Shown here piece after piece: positions 1 through 11,199 of a stretch of DNA of 64,000 bases; position 1 is the stretch's first letter; every line of letters starts with the position of its first letter. The notes beneath the pieces were generated by a model. The model was not told the DNA's origin, made no database searches, and was given only the letters and a program-made list of their open reading frames with translations. Source of the stretch: Phycisphaeraceae bacterium (lineage in GTDB: Bacteria; Planctomycetota; Phycisphaerae; Phycisphaerales; Phycisphaeraceae); assembly GCA_963674705.1 (NCBI GenBank), contig OY771506.1:2784001-2848000 (forward strand). Reading direction: 5' to 3'. The translations under genes were made by a program, and so were the position numbers.

Positions 1-158
1 TTCTGCGTTGATGTTCGCCTGGCAATAACCGGCTCGGACATGCATTGCTCGTCCTATGCACACGCTTTTGTATCGTTACCCGCGCGAGATGTAAGCCTTT
101 ATTTTTAAAAGTACTTGGCGTGTTTAGCATACGCTCGTCAGCACAGGATGAAGTGTTG

Positions 159-203
159 AAAAGCAAACCGCCGCCGCGTGGCTCTTGAACCTCGCGGCGG
201 CGG
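159..203 (-). terminator. Probable intrinsic terminator after the EF-G-like gene
   Basis: 11-bp stem CCGCCGCCGCG (168-178) / CGCGGCGGCGG (193-203), followed on the minus strand by TTTGCTTTT. Confidence 0.7.
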
Positions 204-237
204 CTTGAATCGTTGACTTTATCGTCTCGGCTCGTGC

Positions 238-2307
238 TTAATCTTCGTCCGGTTTCGGCTTGTACTCGGCGATGATCTGCTGCGCGACATGGGTCGGAAC
301 CGGATCGTAATGGCTCAGTTCCATTGAGAATGTTCCCTGGCCGCCTGTGACAGATTTTAATTGCCCTTGGTAGTTACTGACCTCGGCCAACGGCACGATC
401 GCGCGGATCATCGCCATATCGCCCGGCAACATGTCCGTACCCTGGATGCGGCCACGCTTGCCCGACAAATCGCCCGTTACATCGCCCATCGCGCTGCTCG
501 GGACGGTCACTTCCATGTCCACAACGGGTTCAAGCAGCGTCGGCTTGGCCTTATTCACCGCATCGATGAACGCACGCTTGGCCGCCGTCACGAACGCGAC
601 TTCCTTCGAGTCCACCGGGTGGTGCTTGCCGTCATAGACGCTGACCTTGATGTCCTGCATCGGGTAGCCGGCAATCGCGCCCTGCTCGATCACCTGACGC
701 ACGCCTTTTTCGATCGCCGGGATGAACTGGCCCGGGATCGAGCCGCCGAACGTGTCGTTGGCGAACTCAAAGCCGGCGCCGCGTTCCATCGGCTCGACAC
801 GCAGATACACCTCGCCGAACTGACCAGCCCCACCGGTCTGCTTCTTGTGACGGTGATGGCCTTCCGCCTTGCCCTGGATCGTCTCGCGATACGCGATCTT
901 CGGCTGCTTGGTGTCCACTTCCACGTTATCACGGTGCTTGATCTTCTCGAGGATAATACGCAGGTGCAGGTCACCCACGCCGTGGATCACCGTCTCGTGC
1001 GTCGTTGCGTCACGGGTCACCTTGAACGTCGGGTCTTCTTCCTGCAATTTGTTCAACGCATCGGCGATCTTCTGCTCATCGCCGCGGCGCTTGGCCTCGA
1101 TCGCCAGACCCGCCATCGGGACGGGGTAGGGCAGGGGCAGCAGGTGCAGGTTGTCTTCATCATGCGATTCATGCAGCACGCCGTCGCGGTGTACCTCGGC
1201 AAACTTCGCGATCGCCGCGATGTCGCCGGGGATCGCTTGATCGACTTCCACGTGCTTCTTGCCCTGCAGTTTGAACAGGTGACCGATCTTGATCGGCTTT
1301 CGGCTCTCACCGTCGTGCGGATCGCTGATGAACACCTGCGTTTCTTTCGTCAGTGTCCCGCGATGCACACGGAACATGCTCAGCTTGCCCGCGAACGCAT
1401 CGACACGCACGTTGAATACATGTGCCAGCACCGGCGCTTCGGGGTCCGGCTTGACGTGAACGATCTCATCCTTGTTGCTGCCGGTAATGAACGGCCGGGG
1501 GTTGCCCTCGATCGGATTCGGCGCCAGCTTCACGATGATATCCAGCAGCTCCTTGATGCCGACCGGGTTGTCCGGATCGTTATGCGGATGCGCCGCTGTG
1601 AAGCAGATCGGGACCAGATGCCCTTCACGCAACGCACGCTCGAACGGCTCGTGCAACTGCTCGGGCTTGACCTCGCCTTGTTCGAGATAGATCTCCATCA
1701 GCTTCTCATCGACTTCCACGACCTGGTCGATGATCGCGGTGTGCGCTTCCTCGACCGAGCCGAAGTCGCTCTCACCCGACGGGCTGAAGAAGCAGTCGAC
1801 CACCGCCTTGCCGCCCTGGGCCGGGAGGTTGATTGGCAAACATTCGCCGCCGAACGTTTCTTGAATTTGAGAAACCAGTGCAGGCAGGTCGACGCCTTCC
1901 GCGTCGATCTTGTTGATCACGATCATCCGGCAGAGCTTGCGGTCTTTGGCGCGATCCATCATACGGCGCGTCAGTGATTCAATACCCGCCTGGGCGCTGA
2001 TCACGATGGCTGCCGTCTCGACCGCGGGCAGCGCGCTGATCGTCTGGCCGACGAAGTCGGGTGAACCGGGCGTATCGATGAGGTTGATGTGCCGGCCATC
2101 GTGGTCGCCGTGCACGATCGCGTTGAACAGGCTGTGACCGTGCTCTTTTTCCTCGTCCGTGAAGTCACTGAGCATATCACCGCCACGGCCCATCGCCCCG
2201 ATTGCCCCCGCCTTCCACATCAAGGCCTCGGTTAACGTTGTCTTGCCTGAACTGGCGTGCCCCACCAGGGCGATATTACGAATGTCGGAAGTGGTGTAGC
2301 TGGCCAA
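238..2307 (-). CDS. fusA: Elongation factor G-like GTPase (EF-G2/FusA2-type paralogue)
   Basis: 689 aa; GHASSGKT, DTPG and NKID motifs; EF-G domain IV/V motifs KKQTGGAGQFG and HPVDS. The canonical RGITI and DTPGH are altered to HGHSL and DTPGS, as in non-canonical EF-G paralogues. Confidence 0.9.
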   Translation of the reverse strand: MASYTTSDIRNIALVGHASSGKTTLTEALMWKAGAIGAMGRGGDMLSDFTDEEKEHGHSLFNAIVHGDHDGRHINLIDTPGSPDFVGQTISALPAVETAAIVISAQAGIESLTRRMMDRAKDRKLCRMIVINKIDAEGVDLPALVSQIQETFGGECLPINLPAQGGKAVVDCFFSPSGESDFGSVEEAHTAIIDQVVEVDEKLMEIYLEQGEVKPEQLHEPFERALREGHLVPICFTAAHPHNDPDNPVGIKELLDIIVKLAPNPIEGNPRPFITGSNKDEIVHVKPDPEAPVLAHVFNVRVDAFAGKLSMFRVHRGTLTKETQVFISDPHDGESRKPIKIGHLFKLQGKKHVEVDQAIPGDIAAIAKFAEVHRDGVLHESHDEDNLHLLPLPYPVPMAGLAIEAKRRGDEQKIADALNKLQEEDPTFKVTRDATTHETVIHGVGDLHLRIILEKIKHRDNVEVDTKQPKIAYRETIQGKAEGHHRHKKQTGGAGQFGEVYLRVEPMERGAGFEFANDTFGGSIPGQFIPAIEKGVRQVIEQGAIAGYPMQDIKVSVYDGKHHPVDSKEVAFVTAAKRAFIDAVNKAKPTLLEPVVDMEVTVPSSAMGDVTGDLSGKRGRIQGTDMLPGDMAMIRAIVPLAEVSNYQGQLKSVTGGQGTFSMELSHYDPVPTHVAQQIIAEYKPKPDED

Positions 2308-2529
2308 CGAAGTGCCTCCTTGTGACGAGTGGTTTCAATCTGCCGGCCGATGCCCGGCGAGCAACACAGTATAAGAGGCTTTATGGTGTTTACCAACCTC
2401 GCGCTTAACCTCTTGCTAACCCTGACTTCCACCGAACATCTTATGTAATCAGCGCCTTTTATGACCCATTTACTTGGCACCGCTTTTCCCGGCCGCCGCC
2501 CATCCACCATCCGCTATTACAATCCCCGC

Positions 2530-3972
2530 ATGACCGATACCAAACGCCTTGCAAAACTCGACCACCAGCACGTCTGGCACCCGTTCACCCCCATGAAACA
2601 GTGGCGCGACGAGCAACCGCTCATCATCGACCGTGCTGAAGGCTTCCACCTTATCGATACCGAAGGCAACCGCTACATCGACGGCGTCTCCAGCCTCTGG
2701 TGCAACGTCCACGGCCACCGCGTCGGCGAAGTCGACCACGCCATCCGCAACCAACTCGACAAAGTCGCCCACTCCACCCTCCTCGGCCTCGCATCACCCC
2801 CATCCATCGAGTTCGCCGCCAAACTCTGCGACGCCGTCAACTCAAGCCTCAAGCCTCAAGCCTCACCCCTCAGCAAAGTCTTCTACTCCGACGCCGGCGC
2901 GACCGCCGTCGAAGTCGCCTTCAAAATGGCCGTCGGCTACTGGCACCACTCCGGTCATCCAGAAAAAAACAAATTCATCGGCCTCGCCGGCGCCTACCAC
3001 GGCGACACCACCGGCTCCATGAGCGTTGGTTACTGCGACCTCTTCCACAAACCCTTCGTCTCCATGGTCTTCGACGTCAAAACCTTCCCCGCCCCCGACG
3101 CCCCGCGCGCTTATGGGATTGAAGGATTGCAGATTGATCAAACACAAAGCCCGGGGATAGCTATCCCCGGGCGTTATCCCAGTGAGGATGAATCTCTCAC
3201 TGATGCACTGAAAAACCACTGCCTCACCAAACTCGACGAACTATTAACCGAGCAAGCCCACCAGACCGCCGCCGTCGTCATCGAACCCGTCATGCAAGGC
3301 GCAGCAGGCATGATCTGCCAGCCGCCCGGGTTTGTGCGAGGCGTGCGCGAGCTTTGCGACAAGCACAACGTCCTGTTCATCGCCGACGAAGTCGCCACCG
3401 GCTTCGGCCGGACCGCCGAACTGTTCGCCTGCGCCCACGACCAGGTCACCCCCGACATCCTCTGCCTCGCCAAGGGTATTACCGCCGGCTACCTGCCCCT
3501 CGCCGCCACCATCACCACCGACGCAGTCGAACAAGCCTTCTGCGGCGAACTGTCCGACCGCCGCACCCTCTACCACGGCCACACCTACACCGGCAACCCC
3601 CTCGCATGCGCCGCCGCCATCGCCAGCCTCGACCTCTTCGAGAAAAACAACATCATCAACCACGCCAAACAAAGCGCCACAATCATCGCCGACAAGCTCA
3701 ACGCCCTCCGCGACCACCCCAACATCCTCGACATACGCCAGCGCGGCCTCATGGTCGGCATCGAACTCTGCAAAGACCGCACGCAAGCTGAATCCTTCGA
3801 CTTCGCCGCCCGCACAGGCGCGAAGCTTTGCCGAAACATGCGCAATCAAGGCCTCATCATCCGCCCCCTTGGCGACACACTCGTCCTAATGCCCGCACCA
3901 GCGATGCATCATGGCACGCTTTCAGAGATACTCGACATCATCATCAACACCGTGCAGGGTTGGTCGTTTTAG
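2530..3972 (+). CDS. bioA: Adenosylmethionine-8-amino-7-oxononanoate aminotransferase
   Basis: HVWHPFTPM, DGVSSLW, YHGDT, IADEVATGFGRT, LAKGITAGYLP and HGHTYTGNP motifs; start taken at MTDTK (2530). Confidence 0.93.
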   Translation: MTDTKRLAKLDHQHVWHPFTPMKQWRDEQPLIIDRAEGFHLIDTEGNRYIDGVSSLWCNVHGHRVGEVDHAIRNQLDKVAHSTLLGLASPPSIEFAAKLCDAVNSSLKPQASPLSKVFYSDAGATAVEVAFKMAVGYWHHSGHPEKNKFIGLAGAYHGDTTGSMSVGYCDLFHKPFVSMVFDVKTFPAPDAPRAYGIEGLQIDQTQSPGIAIPGRYPSEDESLTDALKNHCLTKLDELLTEQAHQTAAVVIEPVMQGAAGMICQPPGFVRGVRELCDKHNVLFIADEVATGFGRTAELFACAHDQVTPDILCLAKGITAGYLPLAATITTDAVEQAFCGELSDRRTLYHGHTYTGNPLACAAAIASLDLFEKNNIINHAKQSATIIADKLNALRDHPNILDIRQRGLMVGIELCKDRTQAESFDFAARTGAKLCRNMRNQGLIIRPLGDTLVLMPAPAMHHGTLSEILDIIINTVQGWSF

Positions 3973-4019
3973 GTGAAGCAAAAGCTGGAAAACTTGAAAA
4001 CTCAAAAGCTGGAAATAAA

Positions 4020-4080
4020 AAGCGGAAAGGCGAGATGCCGCCCCTTGTGTTCATAAGGTGCTCATCCCGCCTTTCCGCTT
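4020..4080. terminator. Long inverted repeat between convergent genes (bidirectional terminator-like)
   Basis: AAGCGGAAAGGCGAGATG / CATCCCGCCTTTCCGCTT, 18-bp stem with one mismatch. Confidence 0.55.
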
Positions 4081-4124
4081 CTGGTTTTAAATCAGCAATT
4101 AAAAATTAGAAATCAGCAATTCCT

Positions 4125-6431
4125 CTACTCCCCATACCGCTTCGGGTCCTCCGGCGAGGTCGCGGCCTCGATTAACTCGTTGAATTCACCTTCATCGTGG
4201 ATCGCCTCGAAGCTTCCATCCCCGAACATCACCGTCACCACGCCGGGCCAGGTGTCGAACGGCTCGTGGAGCATCACCCGCCCGATGCCATTGGGCAGGT
4301 TTCTGGCGATGTGGATGTACACAAACGGCGGATCGGCATCAGGATGCAACGGGTTTTGCATCGCTTCACGGGTGATGTAACCGCCCTCAATAAGCTCATC
4401 CAATGTTTGCGGATGATTCCAGTTGTGGTCCGGCTTGTATTTATCCACCGCATTCTCGATATCCCGCATCACCCTTGTCATCTGCCAGTGCGCCTGCGAT
4501 GTCGCTTCATCATCAAACCCGCGCGGCAACCCTCGGCCGTTTGTGGCGGTGTAGGTGTATTTACCGACCGCAGTAGGGGGGAGGGCGATGGTTTTGCTGG
4601 CCTGTTCCTCCGTGCTGACCCGCCGTGATTGCAGTGCTGCATACGGATTGGCAGGCTGCGGCACACCCTCGGGCCAATCGAAGAACGATCCCGCCGCCGC
4701 ACCTGGGCCGACCAGATACGTAAACCTCGGCTCAAGCTCCGAAGCGTGCGGCAACGGATCATCGCTCGTCCGCGTGTACTTGGCAACCTGCTTCGGGTAC
4801 CACTTGCCCTCGATAGTTTGCGCAAGGCCCAGCACAAGCCAGCCCTCGATGCGATCGCCATATTCCCGTTCTTCGCGACGGATACACAGATGATCATGTG
4901 CGGCATCGAACGTATAGCGGACATAATTCCTCGAATTGGTATCCCGCTCTGCAATGACATCGATCCAATCCGGATGCGCCTCGTCTTGCGGCAGCAGACG
5001 CCACTGCAGTAACGGCTCCCGGATACTTCGACCATGCGGGTGCAAATTTTCCTCATCCATCCAGTGAGGCCAGGCGATAACTCGCAGCACTTGCCCCCAG
5101 AAGTTGTCGTAGCCTGCGCTCAGTAACGTCGGCTGCAACTGCGCACTGATCCTGGGCCCGCGCCCACCCGAGCCGTAATTCACCATCGCATACCGGTCGC
5201 CGAACTTAATCGCACTCGACTGAAGCTTGAAGCCCGACCCCGTCATGGCAGACCATGCCTCAGACATCACATCCCCAGGCTCAATATCACGCGCCTCCGC
5301 GAACGCCTGGAATGCATTGCTCGTCCACTGCAGCTCATCTGCCCGCCACTGTTCGCCTTTCCGAGATTCCACATAGATCGGCAGCCCCCAGCCCTGCTGG
5401 CGAGACCAGATCAGTGCGCGGTAATCCCCGAACGTTTCCCGGGCCGCCGCCGCTTTGTCATACACATCCCGTACGTCTTCGGGCAGCCTCGCACGCAAAC
5501 CGTCACTGACGTTGACATACCCCTCCGGGGCTTTCACATCGAACCAATCCGTCGGCAACACAGGCTCAAACTCAACCGTCGCGTCATACCACTCACCTGC
5601 ATAGCCTTGCTCGCTGCCCGCAGCGGTCATGCGCTGTAATGTGTTCGATTCCTTGTCAAACCAGAACGTCAACGCTTTAAGCATCGGCACACCAAAGTTT
5701 TGCTCAGGATCAACGGGCTTTAGCTGATACCCACGAAGGTCAGGATCGATAGGGTGTTTGTAATTGACCGGTTCGAAACTTACCGGAGTCTGATTGATGT
5801 CGATCTTCGCCCCGGGCGTGTCCATCTGGACCGTCATCCCGAGAAGTCCAAGGATCGTCTTCGCCGACGACGCCGGTGCGACATACGCATTGTCCGGCTC
5901 GACGTGTTCCGCCACACCGCTGGACGCGTTCCAACGCACGCCGCCCTCAGGTGTCACGATCGCGCCTTCAGTCTCGACCTCTTTGCCATCTTCATATTCG
6001 TACTCATGCAATCGCAATGTCGACGGCGCTTGCAAATACATCTCCTGCCGGCTCTCAAGCGTTTTGCCTTGATAGGAACGCACATCCAGCTTCGCGACGC
6101 GCACATCTTTCGTCTGCTTGAGCACATCCGCCCATGTCGGGTTCGTCAATCCGCCTTCAGGACCGATCGCCATCCAGATGAACATCACTACCAACACCAT
6201 CGCCGCTGCTGCGCTGATACGCATGAGCCACCTCCGGGAACGAGGAACGTTTTGAGAACCGCGCTGGCTTTGCTCAAGCAATAGCTTCGCCTTGTCCAGC
6301 GCACGCGTGGCGTCCTTCGCATCAGGCTCATACCGAGACAGCCCATCCAAAGCACGCCAGGTCGGCGACTGTTCTTCGTGGGGATTATTCCGGGGGTCAT
6401 TCGGATGATTGTTCCGGGGGTACTCATTCAT
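4125..6431 (-). CDS. Putative anti-sigma/sensor protein with a single TM helix and large extracytoplasmic region
   Basis: ATGA overlap with the ECF stop codon; N-terminal cytoplasmic part, TM (ISAAAAMVLVVMFIWMAI), TWADV then a LolA-like stretch; C-terminal PQTLDEL...VMFGDG region. Confidence 0.65.
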   Translation of the reverse strand: MNEYPRNNHPNDPRNNPHEEQSPTWRALDGLSRYEPDAKDATRALDKAKLLLEQSQRGSQNVPRSRRWLMRISAAAAMVLVVMFIWMAIGPEGGLTNPTWADVLKQTKDVRVAKLDVRSYQGKTLESRQEMYLQAPSTLRLHEYEYEDGKEVETEGAIVTPEGGVRWNASSGVAEHVEPDNAYVAPASSAKTILGLLGMTVQMDTPGAKIDINQTPVSFEPVNYKHPIDPDLRGYQLKPVDPEQNFGVPMLKALTFWFDKESNTLQRMTAAGSEQGYAGEWYDATVEFEPVLPTDWFDVKAPEGYVNVSDGLRARLPEDVRDVYDKAAAARETFGDYRALIWSRQQGWGLPIYVESRKGEQWRADELQWTSNAFQAFAEARDIEPGDVMSEAWSAMTGSGFKLQSSAIKFGDRYAMVNYGSGGRGPRISAQLQPTLLSAGYDNFWGQVLRVIAWPHWMDEENLHPHGRSIREPLLQWRLLPQDEAHPDWIDVIAERDTNSRNYVRYTFDAAHDHLCIRREEREYGDRIEGWLVLGLAQTIEGKWYPKQVAKYTRTSDDPLPHASELEPRFTYLVGPGAAAGSFFDWPEGVPQPANPYAALQSRRVSTEEQASKTIALPPTAVGKYTYTATNGRGLPRGFDDEATSQAHWQMTRVMRDIENAVDKYKPDHNWNHPQTLDELIEGGYITREAMQNPLHPDADPPFVYIHIARNLPNGIGRVMLHEPFDTWPGVVTVMFGDGSFEAIHDEGEFNELIEAATSPEDPKRYGE

Positions 6432-6997
6432 GATGGACCTCCGATCCCGTTCAAAACCTTGTCGCCTTCCTCTCCCAAAACGTCCTGCATCCGCTCGCGC
6501 AAACGTCGCACCGCGTGATGACACAATCCTCTTGCCTGGTTGCCTGTCTTTCCGATCGCCTGGCCGATGTCTTCAAAAGGCATCGCGTCCATAAAACGCA
6601 TCACGATCAGGTCCCGGTCGCGCTCCTTTAAGTGTTCCAGCTCATCCAGCATCCGATCGATCAACTCCGCTTGTTCCAGTTCGATTAGCGGATGCCCATC
6701 CAATCCCTCCGGCCGCGCGTTCACCGACTCGCGCTTATGCCGCGATACGTTCCGCCTGCGCCAGTCCATCGCCAAATTCACCGCCGTCCGCCGCGCGTAG
6801 GCATAGGGATACTCAGCCCGGCCAAATCCATCCGACTCCGCCAGCCGAACCGTCAAATCCTGCAACAAATCCTCCGCCACATCCCCGCGCAACGTCAGCC
6901 GGACCAGCAGCCCATGCAGCCGCGGCCCGTCCGCCTCCAACAGTCTCAATACCCTCTCAGCGTGCCTGATTTCGACGCCTCCACACTGCTCAGCCAT
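6428..6997 (-). CDS. ECF-family RNA polymerase sigma factor
   Basis: 189 aa; region 2 (VAEDLLQD, AVNLAMDWRRR) and region 4 HTH (MPFEDIGQAIGK...AVRRLR). Confidence 0.9.
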   Translation of the reverse strand: MAEQCGGVEIRHAERVLRLLEADGPRLHGLLVRLTLRGDVAEDLLQDLTVRLAESDGFGRAEYPYAYARRTAVNLAMDWRRRNVSRHKRESVNARPEGLDGHPLIELEQAELIDRMLDELEHLKERDRDLIVMRFMDAMPFEDIGQAIGKTGNQARGLCHHAVRRLRERMQDVLGEEGDKVLNGIGGPS

Positions 6998-7362
6998 TAG
7001 CCGTTAGCCATTAGCCATTAGTATCCGCGAAGCCCACGGACTCCGTCCGTGGGACCGTTCCTACACACCCCCCGGAATTGGTCTAATTCTTCACCCTACA
7101 CCCAACACCCTAAACCCTACACCCTCTTAATAAACGCACTCAACCACCCCGCGCAAACCCCTCCCACCTGCCAATTCGACACCATATATATAGTCTCCCG
7201 CCCACCCCGGCAGTCTGCCCCCGGGAGCCGTATACGGGCATATTCCATAAATGCTTTAAATAAATGTAATTATGCCAGTAATCCAAACTTCCGGGGGCTT
7301 CCGGGGGTGGCACCGCCATTGCAACTGTTCTGGCACCTGCGGGTAGCGTCTATCCGCTGAGA

Positions 7363-7884
7363 ATGACCATGGCAGACACAACGCCACAACCCGACCCCCG
7401 GACCCCCAGGCCCAGCGCCCGGTTCAACGTCCTGCTCACCGAGGACCGCGACCACGCGCCCGGCCACTGGACCCGGCAACTCCCACGCCTGCTCCAGCCC
7501 CAAGGCGTCCAGGCTTATGTCGCCCGCACGGGTAAAGAGGCCGTCGCCCTCGTCAACGATGTCGAAATCCACGCCGCACTGATCGACCTCGCCACCCCGC
7601 AGGACGACCCCCGGAATTTGACGGGTAGTTCCAAAGGTATCGCACCCGGCGATGCCCAAGGCCTATGGGTCCTCGAAGTGCTGCGTCGCCTGCCCAACCG
7701 TCCGCCGGTCGTTGTCGTCAACAGCCGCGCCATCGCACGCGGTGAAGCGCAGCGCTGCCTCAACCAGGCTCTGCGCCTCGGCGCGTTCACCGTCGTGAAC
7801 CGACCCAGCGACATCGAAGACATGCTCAACGTCATCCGCCGACTCATCGACCGCCAATACGAAGGAGCCTGGCCCGCGAATTGA
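7363..7884 (+). CDS. Stand-alone response regulator receiver-domain protein
   Basis: VLLTED, ALIDL (phospho-Asp position), PVVVVNS, ALRLGAFTVVNRP. Confidence 0.75.
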   Translation: MTMADTTPQPDPRTPRPSARFNVLLTEDRDHAPGHWTRQLPRLLQPQGVQAYVARTGKEAVALVNDVEIHAALIDLATPQDDPRNLTGSSKGIAPGDAQGLWVLEVLRRLPNRPPVVVVNSRAIARGEAQRCLNQALRLGAFTVVNRPSDIEDMLNVIRRLIDRQYEGAWPAN

Positions 7885-7892
7885 AAACACAT

Positions 7893-7947
7893 TTAGCCTC
7901 GGGTCGACGACCCGGGGCTTAGCCCCACGTCGTCGACGTAGGGCTAA
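7893..7947. repeat. REP-like palindrome doublet, family TTAGCCCC..TCGACGA..GGGGCTAA
   Basis: Two adjacent hairpins; relatives at 10288-10310, 15755-15814 and 18621-18648. Confidence 0.75.
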
Positions 7948-8058
7948 ATACAAACGAACCACCAACCCCTACGAAACGACGCGACTCGTCGCGTTTTCCA
8001 AACTAACCAACAACCCTTAACTATCAACAAAACCATTAACGCAACGGAGAACATACCC

Positions 8059-8346
8059 ATGAAAATCAAACCCCTCGGCGACAAGATCCTCGTACAGCGT
8101 CTCGAAGCCGAAACCAAGACATCGTCCGGCATCTTCCTGCCCGAATCCGCCAAGGAAAAGCCCCAGCAAGCCAAGGTCATCGCCGTCGGCGAAGGCAAAG
8201 CACTGGACAACGGCGAACGCGCCAAGCCCACCGTCAAAAAGGGTGACACCATCATCCTCTCCAAGTGGGGCGGCACCGAACTCAAAATCGACGGCCAGGA
8301 ATACCTCGTCATGTCCGAAGACGAAGTCCTCGCCATCGTCGAGTAA
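8059..8346 (+). CDS. groES: Co-chaperonin GroES
   Basis: MKIKPLGDKILV, GIFLPESAKEKP, VIAVGEG; preceded by a GGAG RBS. Confidence 0.98.
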   Translation: MKIKPLGDKILVQRLEAETKTSSGIFLPESAKEKPQQAKVIAVGEGKALDNGERAKPTVKKGDTIILSKWGGTELKIDGQEYLVMSEDEVLAIVE

Positions 8347-8350
8347 CGCA

Positions 8351-8530
8351 GTCATCGCGAGCCGAAATGCATAACCGCGAGCCGCAACACGTAACCGCGA
8401 AACGCAAAACATAACCGCGAGCCGGGATGTCCCCATCCCGGCGCCCCCGGGCAACCCCAAACCGCCCAATATCACGGACGCACGATTCTCGTAAATCGAA
8501 TCACACCGCGACGCGGACGTCACGGCTCGC
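8351..8530. repeat. Degenerate ~20-bp tandem repeats and REP-like hairpins between groES and groEL
   Basis: Four units with core (A/T)CGCGAGCCG at 8353-8430; hairpin GCCGGGATG/CATCCCGGC; an inverted copy ending 8530; another copy at 10223. Confidence 0.6.
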
Positions 8531-8591
8531 AAACGACACGAAGTACACAAGTAACAAAACAATAAAACCGTAAACCCATAAGGAAAGAGAA

Positions 8592-10220
<1,629 letters not shown>

Positions 10221-10422
10221 TAATCGCGAGCCGCGGCCCATCGCCGCGGTTCAACCTGATCGACGTGCATTTGAAACCCCAACCCGTTTAGCCCCGCAGC
10301 TTGCTGCGGGCACGGGCCGCCAAGGCCCGATCAATAAAAGGCTTCGGTTTAATAAACACCCGGTTATAATGGAAACATCATGAAGAACCACCCGGGGCCG
10401 GGATACAATCCGAAGTAACCGC

Positions 10423-10459
10423 AAACGGCGGGACGGCTGAAACGCTGTCCCGCCGTTTT
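10423..10459 (+). terminator. Terminator-like hairpin just upstream of the DUF5343-like gene
   Basis: AAACGGCGGGACGGC / GCTGTCCCGCCGTTT followed by TATATTT. Confidence 0.55.
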
Positions 10460-10476
10460 ATATTTAGGAGATTAAT

Positions 10477-11199
10477 ATGGCAAAGAAACGTACAGTAAAA
10501 AAGAAAACTTCAAAAAAGAAAGCCGCGAAAAGGGCTGCGAAAAAGAAGCCAGTGTCAACGAGCTCACCAAAGCTACCATATACGGTCACCCCAAATGCAC
10601 TTAGGAAATTTTTAAAATTTGTTCCAGAGAAACCTAAGCCAGAGAAGGTAAACAATGAATTACTGTCGGCATGGGAATTAGGTGGTAATAACGCGAATTC
10701 AATTATTCGGGTTCTAAAAGCTATTGGATTAGTATCGTCGGCAAATGATCCCACTGAGGACTACGAATTATTTATGCACCGCCAAGGTGGTCCTCAGCAT
10801 TTAGCTAATCTTGTACGAGTAACATATAGACCATTATTTAATGCATCTCATAATCCACACCAGGAATCCGACGATTCGCTTAAGAATTTGTTTAATATTC
10901 ACTCTGGTGGATCTGAGGCTACGTTGCAACACCAGATTGCCACGTTTAAGACGCTCTGCGAGTTTGCTGATTTTTCTAGTGCCATTCCAGAGGGAGCGGT
11001 CGAATCAAGTGCAGCCGTCTTGAGTGATACTGGAGCTGCTCAGGCAGGCTCCAGTGGTATTGGGAACTCCGGCGGGGCAACGATTCACATAGATTTGCAT
11101 ATTCACTTGCCTGAAAACAAGAGCGCTCGAGACTACCAGGCGATATTCGAAGATATTGGCCGATACATTTACGGTCATGTGGGGTCTGCTGATGAGTAG
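10477..11199 (+). CDS. DUF5343-like protein with Lys/Ala-rich N-terminal tail
   Basis: LPY...PEKV...IIRVLKAIG...PT..Y...YRPLF and C-terminal IHIDLHIHLP...YQAIF match my recollection of DUF5343; AGGAG RBS; AT-rich. Confidence 0.7.
   Translation: MAKKRTVKKKTSKKKAAKRAAKKKPVSTSSPKLPYTVTPNALRKFLKFVPEKPKPEKVNNELLSAWELGGNNANSIIRVLKAIGLVSSANDPTEDYELFMHRQGGPQHLANLVRVTYRPLFNASHNPHQESDDSLKNLFNIHSGGSEATLQHQIATFKTLCEFADFSSAIPEGAVESSAAVLSDTGAAQAGSSGIGNSGGATIHIDLHIHLPENKSARDYQAIFEDIGRYIYGHVGSADE

Noticed and set aside
1..45. Start of a minus-strand gene at the window edge
   Set aside because: Two possible ATGs in different frames and only about 14 codons visible; cannot be assigned
361..1977. 538-aa plus-strand ORF (likewise 9189-10241 and 23673-25142)
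   Set aside because: Antisense shadows of the EF-G-like gene, groEL and gpmI
7950..8058. CIRCE operator upstream of groES
   Set aside because: No TTAGCACTC-N9-GAGTGCTAA; the TTAGC palindromes nearby belong to a dispersed REP family
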